Below are positions 49,360 through 62,231 of a stretch of 64,000 bases of DNA, one piece after another. The stretch lies in assembly GCF_004010195.1 (NCBI RefSeq), contig NC_057711.1, positions 78,505,613 through 78,569,612 of the forward strand, read 5' to 3'. The notes beneath the pieces are model-generated. The model did not search any database. It saw only the letters and a program-made list of their open reading frames with translations, and was not told the origin of the DNA. The position numbers were made by a program, and so were the translations under genes. Position 1 is the first letter of the stretch. The number at the start of each line of letters is the position of its first letter. This DNA is from Chiloscyllium plagiosum. Lineage: Eukaryota.

Positions 49360-49960
49360 AATGAGCATGGTTGAAATTCTGTGTCACTGGTCATGAGTTC
49401 TATAGGTCCTTGTGTGGCTAATGTGCCTGATCCTAGAGCGCATTTCCAACTAGAGATTTGGTAGTTAGTTCCAAGAAGTGGAAATGGTCCTTGTCATTGA
49501 GATTGTTGGCATTCTTTTCTCTGGTTCCTTTTCTGTACTTCTTGCTGACTGGTATCCTCAAAAAATTGTATCCTTCATACAGGAGTTTCCTTCAAGTTAG
49601 TTTCTTCTGAACAAGGGTCTCCCATACATTAACAAAAGTGTTGTATTTTTTGAGGGAAGTCTTCAAGGAGTCTTTGAAACACTTTTTGTTTTATCCTCCT
49701 CTCATTCAAGTGCCTTCCTTAAGCTGGGTGAGGAAGATTTACTTTGGTAGTCGGAACTTAGGCATTCTAATCAAGTGGCTGACCCAATGGATTTGGCTTT
49801 GGATGATTCTGGTCTTGATGCTGGAGCTATTAGCTGCTTTAAGATATGCTTGTCCTGTCAACTGATGCAGATAATCTGTCTCAAACATCATTTATGGTAT
49901 TTCTGCAGAGTCTTGAGATCGCATCTATGCGTAGTCTAAGTTTTGGAGCCATTTGAAGAT
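49360..49960 (-). mobile_element. RTE (BovB-like) LINE 3' fragment
   Basis: Minus strand reads GG*NKKCFKDSLKTSLKK (compare GGQKKRFKDTLKASLK), preceded by IHWVSHLIRMP..LPK. Confidence 0.6.
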
Positions 49961-52900
49961 ACAGAAGGATGATCAAGATGAGTAGTGGGCAGTTCTGGGA
50001 CTTCAAAGAGGCATATAAGCATATAGTGCCATGCACACCAAAGACTACCAGGATTTTTGGTGGGGAGGCAGGGAAGGATCAGGCATCCTGGCAGGGGAGG
50101 CAAACAATGTGGGGATGTTCATGTTTTGGAAAGGCAAAAATTGGGGATGATATATGGAATAAGGGGAGAGGATCATTTCTGATGTGCACAGAGCACCCAC
50201 AAAGAAGGCACACTCCTTCCTAATCATCCATTCACCAACTTTGGAAAGGAAGTGGCCTCTCTACACTTGTCTGGCTTCTACTGTATCAAGTATATGGCAG
50301 TGAAGATGAACTGAGGTCTGTAATCAGCCATTGAATGTCATTTTTGGGCCCTCATTTGGCTTATAAGTGGACAGTCTAGTTGTGTCTTATCTATTAACTG
50401 TATTATGGGGAATATATATGGATGGACTGGAAGGTAGTGTGCTAGGTACCTGTAAATTTTACATTCTCTGTCACAGAAAACATGCTTGGCAATATGGCGA
50501 AGGATTAGAGGGCACAAGATCCGGCCTTTGGATTTTGCTTACTTTCCCACGATCAACATTTAGAGTTGCTCATTATTTATTTGGATGTGCTTTTGTCCGC
50601 TAGCTTGGAACAATCATTCTGATTGACCAAACAGAATACAATATTAGCTTCCCATTCCAATTCAATTTTGCCAGAGTGCTAATGTACATGATTCCATCTC
50701 TTCATGTGCCATGTTGGCAGATAAGCAATAACCAGTAATGAGCAAAGCTCACAGCTTTGAGATTTAAATTTACATGCATCACTAAGCCTGTTCTTAATTT
50801 AGATGTTCCAATAATAGCTAATGTATTTGGTAATGTTGTTTAGTCCTATTTTAGGTGATTTTCCCCCCTATACTTTCTCATAAAGTATGTAACTATGTAT
50901 AATATCTGCTATGTTCATGACCATCCTAATTCATTCATAGTCCTTCCTAGAATTTGCCATTGCTCCTACAATGGAGTCATCAGGAAATTTCAATATAGTT
51001 CCCTAAACCTCCAAAAACAAATCACTATGTAAATAATAAATAAGAATGATAATAACTCAGATATCATGTTTCCTTAAGAAATAGTTTTACTTGTGCTATC
51101 CGTTAAATTAAATGTCTTAATTAGGTGCCATATTTCAATGTTTCAAACATGAACTCGCACTTGTTTAAAACCACATCCTGAAGGAAACAAAGCTAAAAAA
51201 AAGCCAAAATAAATTGGCTTATGCAGAGGAGAGATTAGAGAAAGATTTACATTAACTTATTACAACTATTCAAGATATGACATGATTTAAGACATTGTAG
51301 GTTAATTTGTATTTTATTGTTTGTTCGAAGGATTTGGATGTCATTGGCAAGGTCCCTTATAATTCCAAATGCTCAGTGCAGTGAAGTGACTGTTTGGTTC
51401 ATCTTGAACCTTTACAATGCTTGTGGTGACAGTGACCTCATGATAATGTTAAGTTAGGAATTCTATTTTTTATTGCTATCTTTCTTGTCAAACAAAATCA
51501 TTAATATAGAGAATTTCAGGAAAAAGACATGAAAACAAAAGCAATGGCGTATCAAAATGTTATTGTATTCACAATCTGTCAAATAATATCTGCATGAAAT
51601 ATACATGCAAATCAGGAAAATTTATATCCCATGCAAACATTGAAAGCAAACCATCGTTATATTTCATTTCATGTGAATACTATGGAGAGGGATGAGTGGG
51701 AACTGGAGAGTGGAGGTAGAAAAAGCAAAAGTACTGCTTTGTTTGTTAACCCCTGTGATGGCATGTGAACTAGCAAACATTTTCTTGCAATATCTAGGAG
51801 AACTCAAGAATCCTTTAAAATCTGTGAGAAAATGTTTAAAATTAACTACGGGCTATTTCTAATTCTTCAATGGGTTCTTACACATTTTCTGATCATTTTT
51901 GTTCTACTTGCCAATTCCAAGGTGCAGAAGCAAAAGGAATTACAGGAAACTGGATTTACTGAATGCCTTTGCACAGTTGGAACATTTGCTGAAACAAGTT
52001 ACATGTGACATGGCATTTTAAACAATATGCATATAACGATGAATCTATTAATCACTATGTAGCCACCTTGTGGGAAAGTCACGTCAATCAACTTTTGGAT
52101 TATGATAGAAAAATTTATTTGAGAAAAAATTATTAGAAAAGATAGATACTTCATGTTTGTGAATTGTTACTTGTGAAAGTCATTTCATGTTATTATCTCT
52201 TGACTATGAAGCTAATCAAGCAAAACTCCAAGACATTTATCTAATTTTGTAATTTAGATTGTTCAAGCCTATCAAGATATTTGTTCACTATACAAACTAT
52301 AACAAAAATATTTTCTTCCAACTCATCCAAATGGAAAAAAATGGCTATGCTATTTTACAATTTTCACTCACAATTCAGAAAGAGCATCAACTATTATTCC
52401 TGGCAGTCAGTTTCACATATTCATCATACTGGGGAAGCATGAAATTCTGCATTCCCCCCCCCCCCCCCCCGATCTTGCTTGTGACTTGTTAATGTTTGTG
52501 GAGAAATTCAATCATGCAGCGAACTTTTCCAGGCATCAGAATCCTTGTAGTGAGTTGTAGTGTTGATGTAAGAAAAAACTAATTCACGTTTAGAGTCACA
52601 CTTCAAACAGGGTCAAATTTTCAATGTTACTTCCACATTCAAGGCAGTTCCTCAATGTTGGTGAGTGAGCAAAGAACTTGGGTCCATTTGTGTCAATGCA
52701 TAGACTAATTTATAACAAAATCTGTTTGTAAGTAAAAGCAATAAAACCTATAAAACAAGTAAATACATACAAGGATGACATGTAGGAAAGATGAAAAGAT
52801 ACCTACTCAAAAACGTGAAATTTAGTTCAGTTTATTAAAATGTTATTTATTTAAATAGCTTGCAATTGGAATGCTGATTGTCTGTACTGAATACTTGAAG

Positions 52901-53519
52901 TGTGGTGCTTGACAAATGTAATGTCTTCTATGTTTGAATAGTTAAAGTTTACCATTGGTGGAATCAGTGACCGAAGGTCCCTTTTCCTTACTGGTCCTGC
53001 TAGTATGACTCTTCAAAAAAGCTTGGACTCCTTTTCAGCACAATAGGGATGCTTTCTGGACACCTTCCTTTTTAACACCCAGTTGCAGGTAGGAAACCAA
53101 ACTCCCACATGCTGTTCACAGTTAATTCAGCTGACAGTGGTCACTGGAGCTGACTTCACATGTTCCCCTGAGATAGTTAGACTTCTATGCAATTCAAAAC
53201 TCAATTTGGCTGCTCTCCCAAACTATTATGCTTGCAGATTAAGTAAAAGCTCGCCCAGGATTTGACCACAGCACCATTCATTGTCATGTAACATTTTAAC
53301 TGTCTCAGCCATGACCTTAAAAGCTTCCATTATTAAGGTTTGCTGAGGTATGATAGAGCAAGACATGCATCCAGCAAGGCAATTATTTATGAGATTTCAC
53401 TCTTTGAAATGCTCATTGAATTTCAAATGTTTCTTGTGATCATTCTTGAGAAAAGTATGTTCTGATTCCTATCATGGTTGATTCAACAAAATAATTCAAT
53501 TGAAATTCCTTAATTCATT

Positions 53520-54421
53520 ATTGCCTATTCCTGTTGCTCGCAAGGTAGTATTATTTCCTCTGCAGATCATTTGGTGTAGGTACACCAACAACACTGTTAG
53601 GGAGAGAATTCCAGGATTTTGATTCAGCAACATTGAAGGAATAGTGAAATATTTCCAAGTCAGGATGGTGACTGGCTTGGAAACATATTGAAGGAAAACT
53701 TCCAAATGTTGGTGTTCTCATGTATATGGTGCCCTTGACTTACTGGTTGGTAGTGGGTGTGGGTTTGCATGGTACTGCTGGAGGAGCAATAATGAATCCC
53801 TGCAGTGCATCTTGTAGTTTATACATGCTGCATGAAAGGTGGAGGGACTGAATGATTATGGATATGCAGTCTGTTTTATCCAGGATAGCGTCTTGCTTCA
53901 TGGGTGATGTTGGAGCTGCACTCATCCAGGCAAGTGGGAAGTATTCCATCCCATCCCTGACATGCGCTCGCAGATGGACAGGCTTTGGGGTGTTAGGAAT
54001 TCAGTTACTAAACGTTGACCAGCTTTTGTAGTCACATGATTTATAGGACTGGTCCAGTTCAATTTCTGGTCAATAGCAACCGCAAGGATGTTGATAGTGG
54101 TGGATTCAGCAATGGTAGTTCCATTGAATGATAAGGTGCAACGGTTAGATTCTCTCTTGTTGTGATTGCTATTGCTTAGCACTTATGTGGCACAAATGTT
54201 ACTTGTCACTGGTCAGTCCAAGTCTGGATATTGTCCAGCCTCTTGCTGCATTTGGACAAGGATTGCTTCAGTATGTGAGCAGGTGTGAATGGTGTTAAAC
54301 ATTGTAGAATCATCAGCAAACTTAACCACTTCTGACCTTCTGATACAAGAATGATCATTGATAAACCAGCTGTAGATGGTTGGGCCTGGCATTATTCTGA
54401 CTAATTCTTGAAGTGATGTCC
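53520..54421 (-). mobile_element. CR1/L2-clade LINE RT/3' fragment
   Basis: GPTIYSWFINDH..KFADDSTMF and MEYFPLAWMSAAPT. Same family as 47801-49330. Confidence 0.75.
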
Positions 54422-54914
54422 TGTGTTGCCAAATAACTAGAGGCCCAAAATTGGACATTCTAAATTGACCCATAGCCAGAAAAATTGGGCCTGACAGAAA
54501 ATTAACTAAATAAATTAAACAGCAGTCATTAGCAACAGCTACAGACAACAATCGAAACCAAGGTCAAAGAGTTACAAAGGTTCTGGGGAACCACTTACAA
54601 CCAGCTCAAGAGTTGTGCATTGGAGAAGAATCAATCAGATTTTCTGGCACCTTGACTTCCAGCCACCGTCTGAGGATGTTTACTTTACATCTCCCTGGTA
54701 TTGCAACAGTGAAGAATGTTGGTGTGAGCCCATTAGATGCTTTAAACTTTGTTCATGATCCCATTGGCCAAAGGATACAAAACATTCTAGAAGGTTCAGA
54801 TGAGGGAGGATAAAAACACACATCATGAAGCTACTCTCTCCGTGAAGACTCTCAGCAAGAATTGTAGCGGACGATTGCGTGGCAACCCAGGAAGACCGAG
54901 GAGAAGGTCCAACC

Positions 54915-55243
54915 TCAAGATTAGAGTGGTGCTGGGAAAGTACAGCAGGTCAGGCAGCATCCGAGGAGCAGGAAAATTGATGTTTCAGGCAGGATCCCTT
55001 CATCAGGAATGAGGCTCATCACACTGCAAATTTTTGCTATAAATTCTGTTACGATCGAGCCCTCCACAATCACCTGATGAAGGAGCGTCACTCCGAAAGC
55101 TAGTGTGCTTCCAATTAAACCTGTTGGACTATAACCTGGTGTTGTGTGATTTTTAACTTTGTACTCCCCAGTCCAACACCGGCATCTCCAAATCACTCTA
55201 ATCTTGACTTTGATCTCCAACATCTGCAGTTCTCACTTTTGCC
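54915..55243. mobile_element. Composite Penelope pseudo-LTR insertion (family 1 inverted ends around a family 3 segment)
   Basis: TCAAGATTAGAGTG and CACTCTAATCTTGA inverted ends. Antisense degenerate hammerhead at about 54979-55006 and sense hammerhead at 55074-55102. Confidence 0.65.
55071..55105 (+). ncRNA. Minimal type I hammerhead ribozyme motif (family 3)
   Basis: CAC-CTGATGA-A-GGAG-CGTCA-CTCC-GAAAG-CTA-GTG: stem I CAC/GTG, stem II GGAG/CTCC, palindromic AGCT stem III. Confidence 0.75.
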
Positions 55244-55578
55244 TCGAAGTTCCAGCCTGACTTACGAGACTCACCTTTGTGGAAAAGAGCCAGTCTTCCA
55301 TCAGAGAGGAAGGAGATTCGAATGGCCCAGCTCAAACATGTGGATCATTGCAGGTAATATCCTTTCTCAGATGGATAGAGCTAGAGAGTAGATATTGTGT
55401 GATCTGGGAAATACTCACATGTTTTTAACATTTAAAATTAATGTTAATGTCACTGAGCACTATGATCTATTTGCCTTACCTCAGAATGCTGGAGGAGGGG
55501 AGCTGCGGGCCATTAAAACAGCAATCCTGCTGCTGTAAAATACAATAGGGGAGACACCATGGAGGGATTAAATAAGAG

Positions 55579-55890
55579 TGGGCGGCACGGTGGCATAGTG
55601 GTTAGCACTGCTGCCTCATAGCGCTAGAGACCCGGGTTCAATTCCCACCTCAGGCGACTCTCTGTGTGGAGTTTACACATTCTCCCCGTGTCTGCGTGGG
55701 TTTCCTCCGGGTGCTCCAGTTTCCTCCCACAGTCCAAAAATGTGCAGGTTAGGTGAATTGGCCATGCTAAATTGCCCGTAGTGTTAGGTGAAGGGGTAAA
55801 TGTAGGGGAATGGGTCTGGGTGGGTGGCGGGTCGGTGTGGACTTCTTGGGCCGAAGGGCCTGTTTCCACACTGTAAGTAATCTAATCTAA
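55579..55890 (+). mobile_element. tRNA-derived SINE (HE1/V-SINE-like)
   Basis: A box TGGCATAGTGG, B box GGTTCAATTCC, (TCTAA)n tail. Confidence 0.9.
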
Positions 55891-56883
55891 CAGTAGGCAG
55901 CAAAAGAGAGAGCACCCAACTGTATTTGCTTTGGTGCTTGTGGACACAGTTCACAGAAACGTTTGGTAACCTAGATCAGACTGTCCTGACACCACAAAGT
56001 AGGGCAAATTCGACTCAAATACTTGTGTCACATCACACTGAGGCAGTGAGGAAATCCTTCGAAAACATTGATCTCACAGACAACCTCCTTACAGAACAAT
56101 GGGTGATAAGGAGCATAGTCCAGGCTTGGGAGAAAGAGATTCATGAATCAGAGCTCCCCAATTCAGGCAAAGGAAAAATGCACGCACTAAAAGCCGCAAA
56201 CCCCAGTCCCGTGTGGAGCAGTGTTGTTATCAGAGCCACCCAGTTCCATATGCCCATTCCACAGTGAAAAGTAGGGATCAGCGACAGGGTTACACAAAGC
56301 AGCAGTCACCGCTGCAAGGGAAATGCTACAATTTGGTCATACAGACCATTTTGCAAGGACTGCAGGGACCCAGGAGCCAGGCTAAAGGCCCTAGTCCATG
56401 CCGCTGGAAGGACAAAGAGACAAGCAGCAGTTAATTTGGTTGGGGAGATCACGCTGCCAAATTTAATGCAGGAAATCGTACCATCTAATTCATTGCCTGC
56501 CATCACCCAGTAGTGCTAGTTAATCTCCATACAGACTCCAAGCACAGCTTAGGCTTGGGCCTTATGGCGGTGTAATTTAACTTTGACCTGGCCACTTGAT
56601 TATTTAGCAAATGCCCGAGCTCGATGAAGCCCCAGTGGAGATTGTGAGATACACATACACACAGAGAATGTGTACCATGGGGGAGTTGTGGACTATACTC
56701 ACTGAAATGACTGAGGACCCAGCAGCGCAGGCAATTCTCACAAAGTACAAACATGACTGTGGTTGTACTGGGGGTGAGGTACTGATAGATAAACTGGACC
56801 CAAAGCCACAAAAACAATACACTTTCCCCAAGAGGGAGAGGGGAAGGTAGTCATGCTCATTAGCAACTTGTTAAAACAAGGAG

Positions 56884-57092
56884 AAAGTGAAGGCTGCAGA
56901 TGCTGGAGAATCATAGTCAAAAAGGGTAACGCTGGAAAAGCTCAGTGGGTCAGGCAGCATCCGAGAAGCAGGAGAGCTGACATTTTGGGCATAACCCTTC
57001 CTGATCAAGGGCTGATGCCCGAAGTATAGGTTCTCCTGCTCCTCCGGATGCTGCTTGATCTGCTGTGCTTTTCCAGTGTCACCCTTTTCCAC
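56884..57092. mobile_element. Penelope-type palindromic mini-element in the ERV-like RT
   Basis: Inverted arms. 15-bp TSD TGTTAAAACAAGGAG at 56869-56883 and 57093-57107. Confidence 0.8.
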
Positions 57093-57227
57093 TGTTAAAA
57101 CAAGGAGCAGTACGTCTTGCAGTGTCAACCAATAACCCACCAATATGGCTAGTTAATAAACTGAATAGCTCTTCGTGGCTCACCATCGATTACAGGGATG
57201 TAAATAAAACCTTATCATGGCACTGAC

Positions 57228-57296
57228 TGGCTGTGCTTTTCCAGCGCCACACATTTTAACTCTGATCTCCAGCATCTGCATTTCTCAATTTCTCCC
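57228..57296 (+). mobile_element. Very short Penelope pseudo-LTR 3' tip insertion
   Basis: 12-bp TSD CATGGCACTGAC at 57216-57227 and 57297-57308. Confidence 0.75.
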
Positions 57297-58493
57297 CATG
57301 GCACTGACAGCAGTGACTAGCCCTGAAACCATGATGAGACAGGCCCGTGGACAAAATATTTCACATTAGATGTAGCTTTTGGTCCAATCCACTCCACTTA
57401 CACTAGCATTATTTTTTGCCTTCACATTTCAGCGTCAGCAATACACAGGGACCTGTTTGTCCCAGGGTTTTCACAATTCTCTGTCAATATTTCATCAGAG
57501 GCTTTAAAGTTTTAGATAGGTTATCTAGACTGTTTGGTCAAGCAATTGGACAACCTCTTCCTGCAGAGAGACAAGGACTGAACATTGGATGTTGTTAAAG
57601 GAACTGTTCGCCCTTCTCACCACTACAGGACTAAATGTTAATTCCAAAAAGGTAGACTTCAGGATGTGCTGGGCCTCATTCTTGGGAACTGTGATAGCTC
57701 AGGAGAAACACAAAATAGTAAGCTTATTGAGTTCCTTTCTGGGATTGTGGAATAGTGTTAAAACAACATTGATGGTTTCTCCACTAAAGCTGCTCCACTC
57801 TCTGACCTTTTTAAAAGGAATGCCCCGTGGGAGTGATCACTGTTGCTGAATTAAAACAGGCTCCTCAACTTCCTTTCATCTCAGACGATGCAGCCACTGA
57901 TGCCATACTGGCAGTCAGACAACGTCGAGAACGAGACAATACACTCAGATTGGTAGCCTTAATCTCCAAAATTCTTTAATTAGTAGAGTAGGGCTTCCTC
58001 ATGTGAGAGGAATACTTGCTAACCATGTTCGGAGTGGGACAACATTTTCCATTTATTATTGGCATGAACACCCCCAACCATTGTGATGGATCACACCCCA
58101 TTTTGCTGGATGGCAGGATTAAAGGTGGTATGATCAGTCAAAATTGCATTGTGCACTGGTCCCTAATGTTAAAGGATTGATTTGGTGATTGGAATGAGGC
58201 TAGTAAAGTGGACCTCATAAAATATGAGTTCCCTGAGTGACGCTGTTAACCTGGTCAATTATGGAGCCCTGGCTGACATATGTAAACAGGAATGTCAGAG
58301 GTTCTGGTCAGTCTTAGAGCCAGCTTTGAGATACCAGGGTCAGTGTCACGTACAATGTACGGTAAATAAAGCATTACTTGATGACAGGATGTCAGCCTTC
58401 ATGGAGTTATTTCAGTTATGACATTGCAGTCAAATGTACCAAACAGCCCATCTTCCTAGCTGACAATTTGAGCTATGGAGGTGAAGCCCATTA

Positions 58494-58584
58494 TTCTGGA
58501 TTTGTGGTGCTGGAAAAGCACAGCAGTTCAGGCAGCATCCGAGAAGCAGTAAAATCGATGTTTTGGGCAAAAGCCCTTCATCAG
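58494..58584 (-). mobile_element. Penelope pseudo-LTR fragment with degenerate hammerhead
   Basis: Family 1 sequence flanked by GTGAAGCC(C/T)ATT direct repeats. Confidence 0.7.
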
Positions 58585-59286
58585 TGAAGCCTATTAGCAT
58601 CAAGTTGTGGCAACAAATGTCTCTAAGGAATCATTTGTGCCAAAACAAAATCAAGGAACCTGGGGAGCAGAAGACAAATTCCCCCCATAAGAGCATTCAT
58701 AAATCCTGGACATTGGAAGACAGGATGTGATGTATAAATGGAGATCTACAGGGCCAAACCCCAAATAAGTTAGTGTTGAAGCTCCCCACAAAGTAAGTCC
58801 TCATGTTGTCGAGCTAGCAGCTATAGCATACGTGTTCAGCCATGCTGCAAAATTGTCCCCACCAGCAGACATACTCTCAGACAGCATGTATGTCTGCAAC
58901 AGCTTAAATGATTTCCGGCTACTGTGGGAAGCTAGAGGATTCAACTTGACAGACAGGAAACTATTACTGCTCAAATTTATTCTCTAAACTGCCCAAGGCT
59001 GTGAATACAGTATCATTGATGTTAGAGCCCACCATTGAACTTCCCCAACTGGGAACATAAAGGGAAGATGAATTGGCTAAGCAGAGTGACAATGAAAGAG
59101 AACCATGGCAGCACCCCATTCTGGAACACATAGATCCTGTCGCTGTGAGCCAAACCGAAGTTGAAGATCAGGTACACGCTCAGATTAGTGACACCAAATT
59201 AAAGCAAGTATGGAAGCGAATGATCCCCACCATGACAGCATGTGGGAGGACAAGTTAAGAAGGAAGAATGGACTTGTTCTCCAAGG

Positions 59287-60830
59287 TCATAGAATCACAC
59301 AGTCATAGAGATGTACAGCATGGAAATAGATCCTTCAGTCCAACTTGTCCATGCTGACCAGATATCCTAAATTAATCCAATCCCATTTGTCATCATTTGG
59401 CTCATATCCCTCTAAACCCATCCCATTCATATACCCATCCACATGCTTTTTAAATGTTGTGATTTCTCTGGCAGCTCATTCCATACACACACCTCTGTGT
59501 GAAAAAGTTGCCCGTTATGTCCCTTTTAAAGCTTTTCCCTCTCCCCTTGAATCTATGACCTCTAGTTTTGGACTCCGTTACCCTGGGGAAAAGACCTTGG
59601 CTATTCACCTTATCTATGCCCCTCATGATTTTATAAATTTCTATGAGGTCACCCCTCAGCCTCCAATGCTCCAGGGAAAATAGCCCCAGCCTTTTCAGCC
59701 TCTTCCTATAGCTCAAACCCTCCATCCCTGGCAACATCCTTGCAAATCTTTTCTGAACCCTTTCAAGTTTCACAACATCCTTCTAATAGGAGGGAGACTG
59801 GAATTGAATGCAGTGCTCCAAAAGTGACCTAACCAATGTTCTGTACAGCTACAACATGACCTCCCAACTCTTATACTCAGTGCACTGACCATCAAAGGCA
59901 AGCATACCAACACTTTCTTCAAGCAACTGTGCACCTGCACTCTAAGGTCCCTTTGTTCAGCAACACTCTCCAGGACCTTACCATTAAGTGTATAAGTCCT
60001 GTCCTGAATGGCCTTTCCAAAATGCAGCATCTCACATTTATCTAAATTAAACTCCACCTGCCACTCCTCAGCCCATTGTCCCATCTGATCAAGGTCCTGT
60101 TGTACTCTAAGGTAACCTTCTTCGCTGTCCACTACAATTCCAATTTTGGTGTCACCTGCAAACATACTAACCATATGTCCTATGCTCACATCCAAATCAT
60201 TTATATAAATGACAAAAAGCGGTGGACCAGCACCAGTCCTTGTGGCATATCACTGGTTATGGGCCTCCAGTCTGAAAAGCAACCCTCCATCATCCTCTGT
60301 TTCCCATTTTCAAGCCAATCTGTATCCAAGTGGCTAGTTCTCCCTGTCTGCCATGTGTTCAAACTTTGCAATTAGTCTATCATGCGGAACCAGAACGCTT
60401 TACCGAAGTCCACATAGATCACGTCCACTGCTCTATCTTTATCAATCTTCTTCATTACTTCTTCAAAGAATTCAACTAAGTTAGTGAGATGTGATTTCCC
60501 ACACACAAATGTTGACTATCACTAATCAGTTCCTGCCTTTCCAAATACATGTAAATCCTGTCTCTCAGGATTCTCTCCAACAACCTGCCCAAGACTAATG
60601 TCAGGCTCACCATTCTAGAATTACCTGGTTTTAGAGTCATAAAGATGTACAGCATGAAAACAGACCCTTCAGTCCAACTTGTCTATGCAGATCAGATATC
60701 CTAAATTAAACAAGTCCCATTTGCCAGAATTTGGCCCATATCCATCTAAACTCTTCTTATTATCTACCCATCGTTCCTTAGCACTTTTCTTAAATTGTGG
60801 CACCATAATGACCAATCTCCAGTTTTCCGG
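59287..60830 (-). mobile_element. CR1 LINE RT/3' fragment with a second CR1 3' end nested at about 60632-60765
   Basis: SMFAGDTKIG..EEGYLRVQQDLD and KLERVQKRFARML..RGDLIEIYKIM. Confidence 0.9.
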
Positions 60831-62219
60831 CTCTCTCGTCCAGGACAGAAATCAAGTGATTTATCAATCTATGAGTTCAAGGACTTCAAGGGACAGACAT
60901 TATGACTAACAGAATTAAGGAATTGTGTTGGTGGTCAGAAATGGAAAAAGACATAAAACATTGAGTCAAGAATTGTAATACCAGCATCCAGAACAATCCA
61001 AGCAGGATCGTCAATAAAGGTGGTGAGGCATACTAGGCCAGTAGCAGCACCATGAAGAGAGGTGCAGTGGTTTTGATGAGGTTTGTCCTGAGCAGCGCCA
61101 TGTTGTAGGCTTATGTGTTCTATGGGCTGTTCCCTGGGATGCACACTGAAACAAACATTGACCGCATCTGGAAGACAATCAACTTGGTGAAAGAAGTTCT
61201 TTGGTCTGCTGAAACTTGTCAGTCTTCCAGTGCAATGTTGACCTTGACCAAATATTGGAGTCTGGCACATGCAAAAGTCCAGGACTACAGCTGAGGGTTG
61301 CATTGAAGTTTGGGGCAGCTGGAGGGGGGGAGGGGGGTGGAGTCCTTCTGCCAAAGTACAATAGGGGTCCATTGAGTTATCAGACCCTCACGGTTCCTCA
61401 AAGGTACATAAATATGGTCCTGTAGAATTAAGAAATACCTTAGGGTTTTTTTGCAACTGCAAGGAATGCCAATTTCTATTGTTTGATATTCGAGTGCAAA
61501 GACTGTACAGAAATACTTCAGTATCTGCATATGTACATGAAGAATTTTTAAGAACAAAGCATATTTTTTGCAATAAAAAAATTTCAGATCCCCATTTGGT
61601 GGTGGACATAGTCAGTCCATCTTTGTACAGAATTTTGCGAGATACGAAAAAGACAGGGTGACACCATGTTAATCAATTAAAGACCTATGTTAGGTTCTTT
61701 TTCTTGAGATTCTTAAACACACCAACTTTTGTGAACAACCAAAATTTTAAAAAGCACAGTACAGTGCAATCTTTCTGGCGAAACCTTTTAACATATTTCG
61801 CAGGGCTTGCAGAGCCGTATCAAAGGTCTCTCTCCGAATAAAGGAAACAGTCCTTGCTTTATACAAAACCTTTACATCACAGTCAGTGATGCCTACAAGA
61901 CAAACTCCCCCCGTCCCCAAGTCACTCCCTCACAGTCACATGCCACTCAAGACACAATGCAGTGACTACATCATTTCCAGAAACAATATCATGTAAATCA
62001 TCCCTTAATGGTCAAATCTGTTGTGAATCTTTTTTTTTATTACAGGGAGTAGTCAAAATTCCAACTGCAATGTTCTTACTGGTTTCGAATAGGATGACGA
62101 TAATGTAATTCCTTTATCCTGAATAACCAGGAAATGGCCATGTAAATGGCTCTGAATGGCAAGATATGGGAATGTAAATTCCTTACAATCATCCTTTAAG
62201 AGAGACCTCCTGGAGGATC

Positions 62220-62231
62220 CAAGATGGCGGC
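62220..62231 (+). promoter_or_regulatory. YY1-type motif CAAGATGGCGGC in the L1 5'UTR
   Basis: Consensus match near the element 5' end. Confidence 0.7.

Larger units (their letters stand above)
54422..61450 (+). mobile_element. Decayed endogenous retrovirus-like element (gag-RT-tether-RNase H-integrase), interrupted by SINE, Penelope and CR1 insertions
   Basis: Knuckle GKCYN.GHTDHFA.DC (about 56318-56362). RT KHDCG..DPKPQKQYTFP, STNNPPIWLVNK..WLTIDYRDVNK, FAFTFQRQQYTGTCLSQGFHNSLSIFHQ. Tether LRLVALISKIL..CER. RNase H ELAAIAYV..ILSDSMYVCNS..WEARGF..VRAHH..GN. Integrase CWWSEMEKDIKH*VKNC..QNNP. Both ends uncertain. Confidence 0.72.

Noticed and set aside
61450..62200. Possible env or 3' LTR of the ERV-like element
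   Set aside because: No hydrophobic env-like ORF and no visible repeat of 54422-54870. A lone AATAAA is insufficient.
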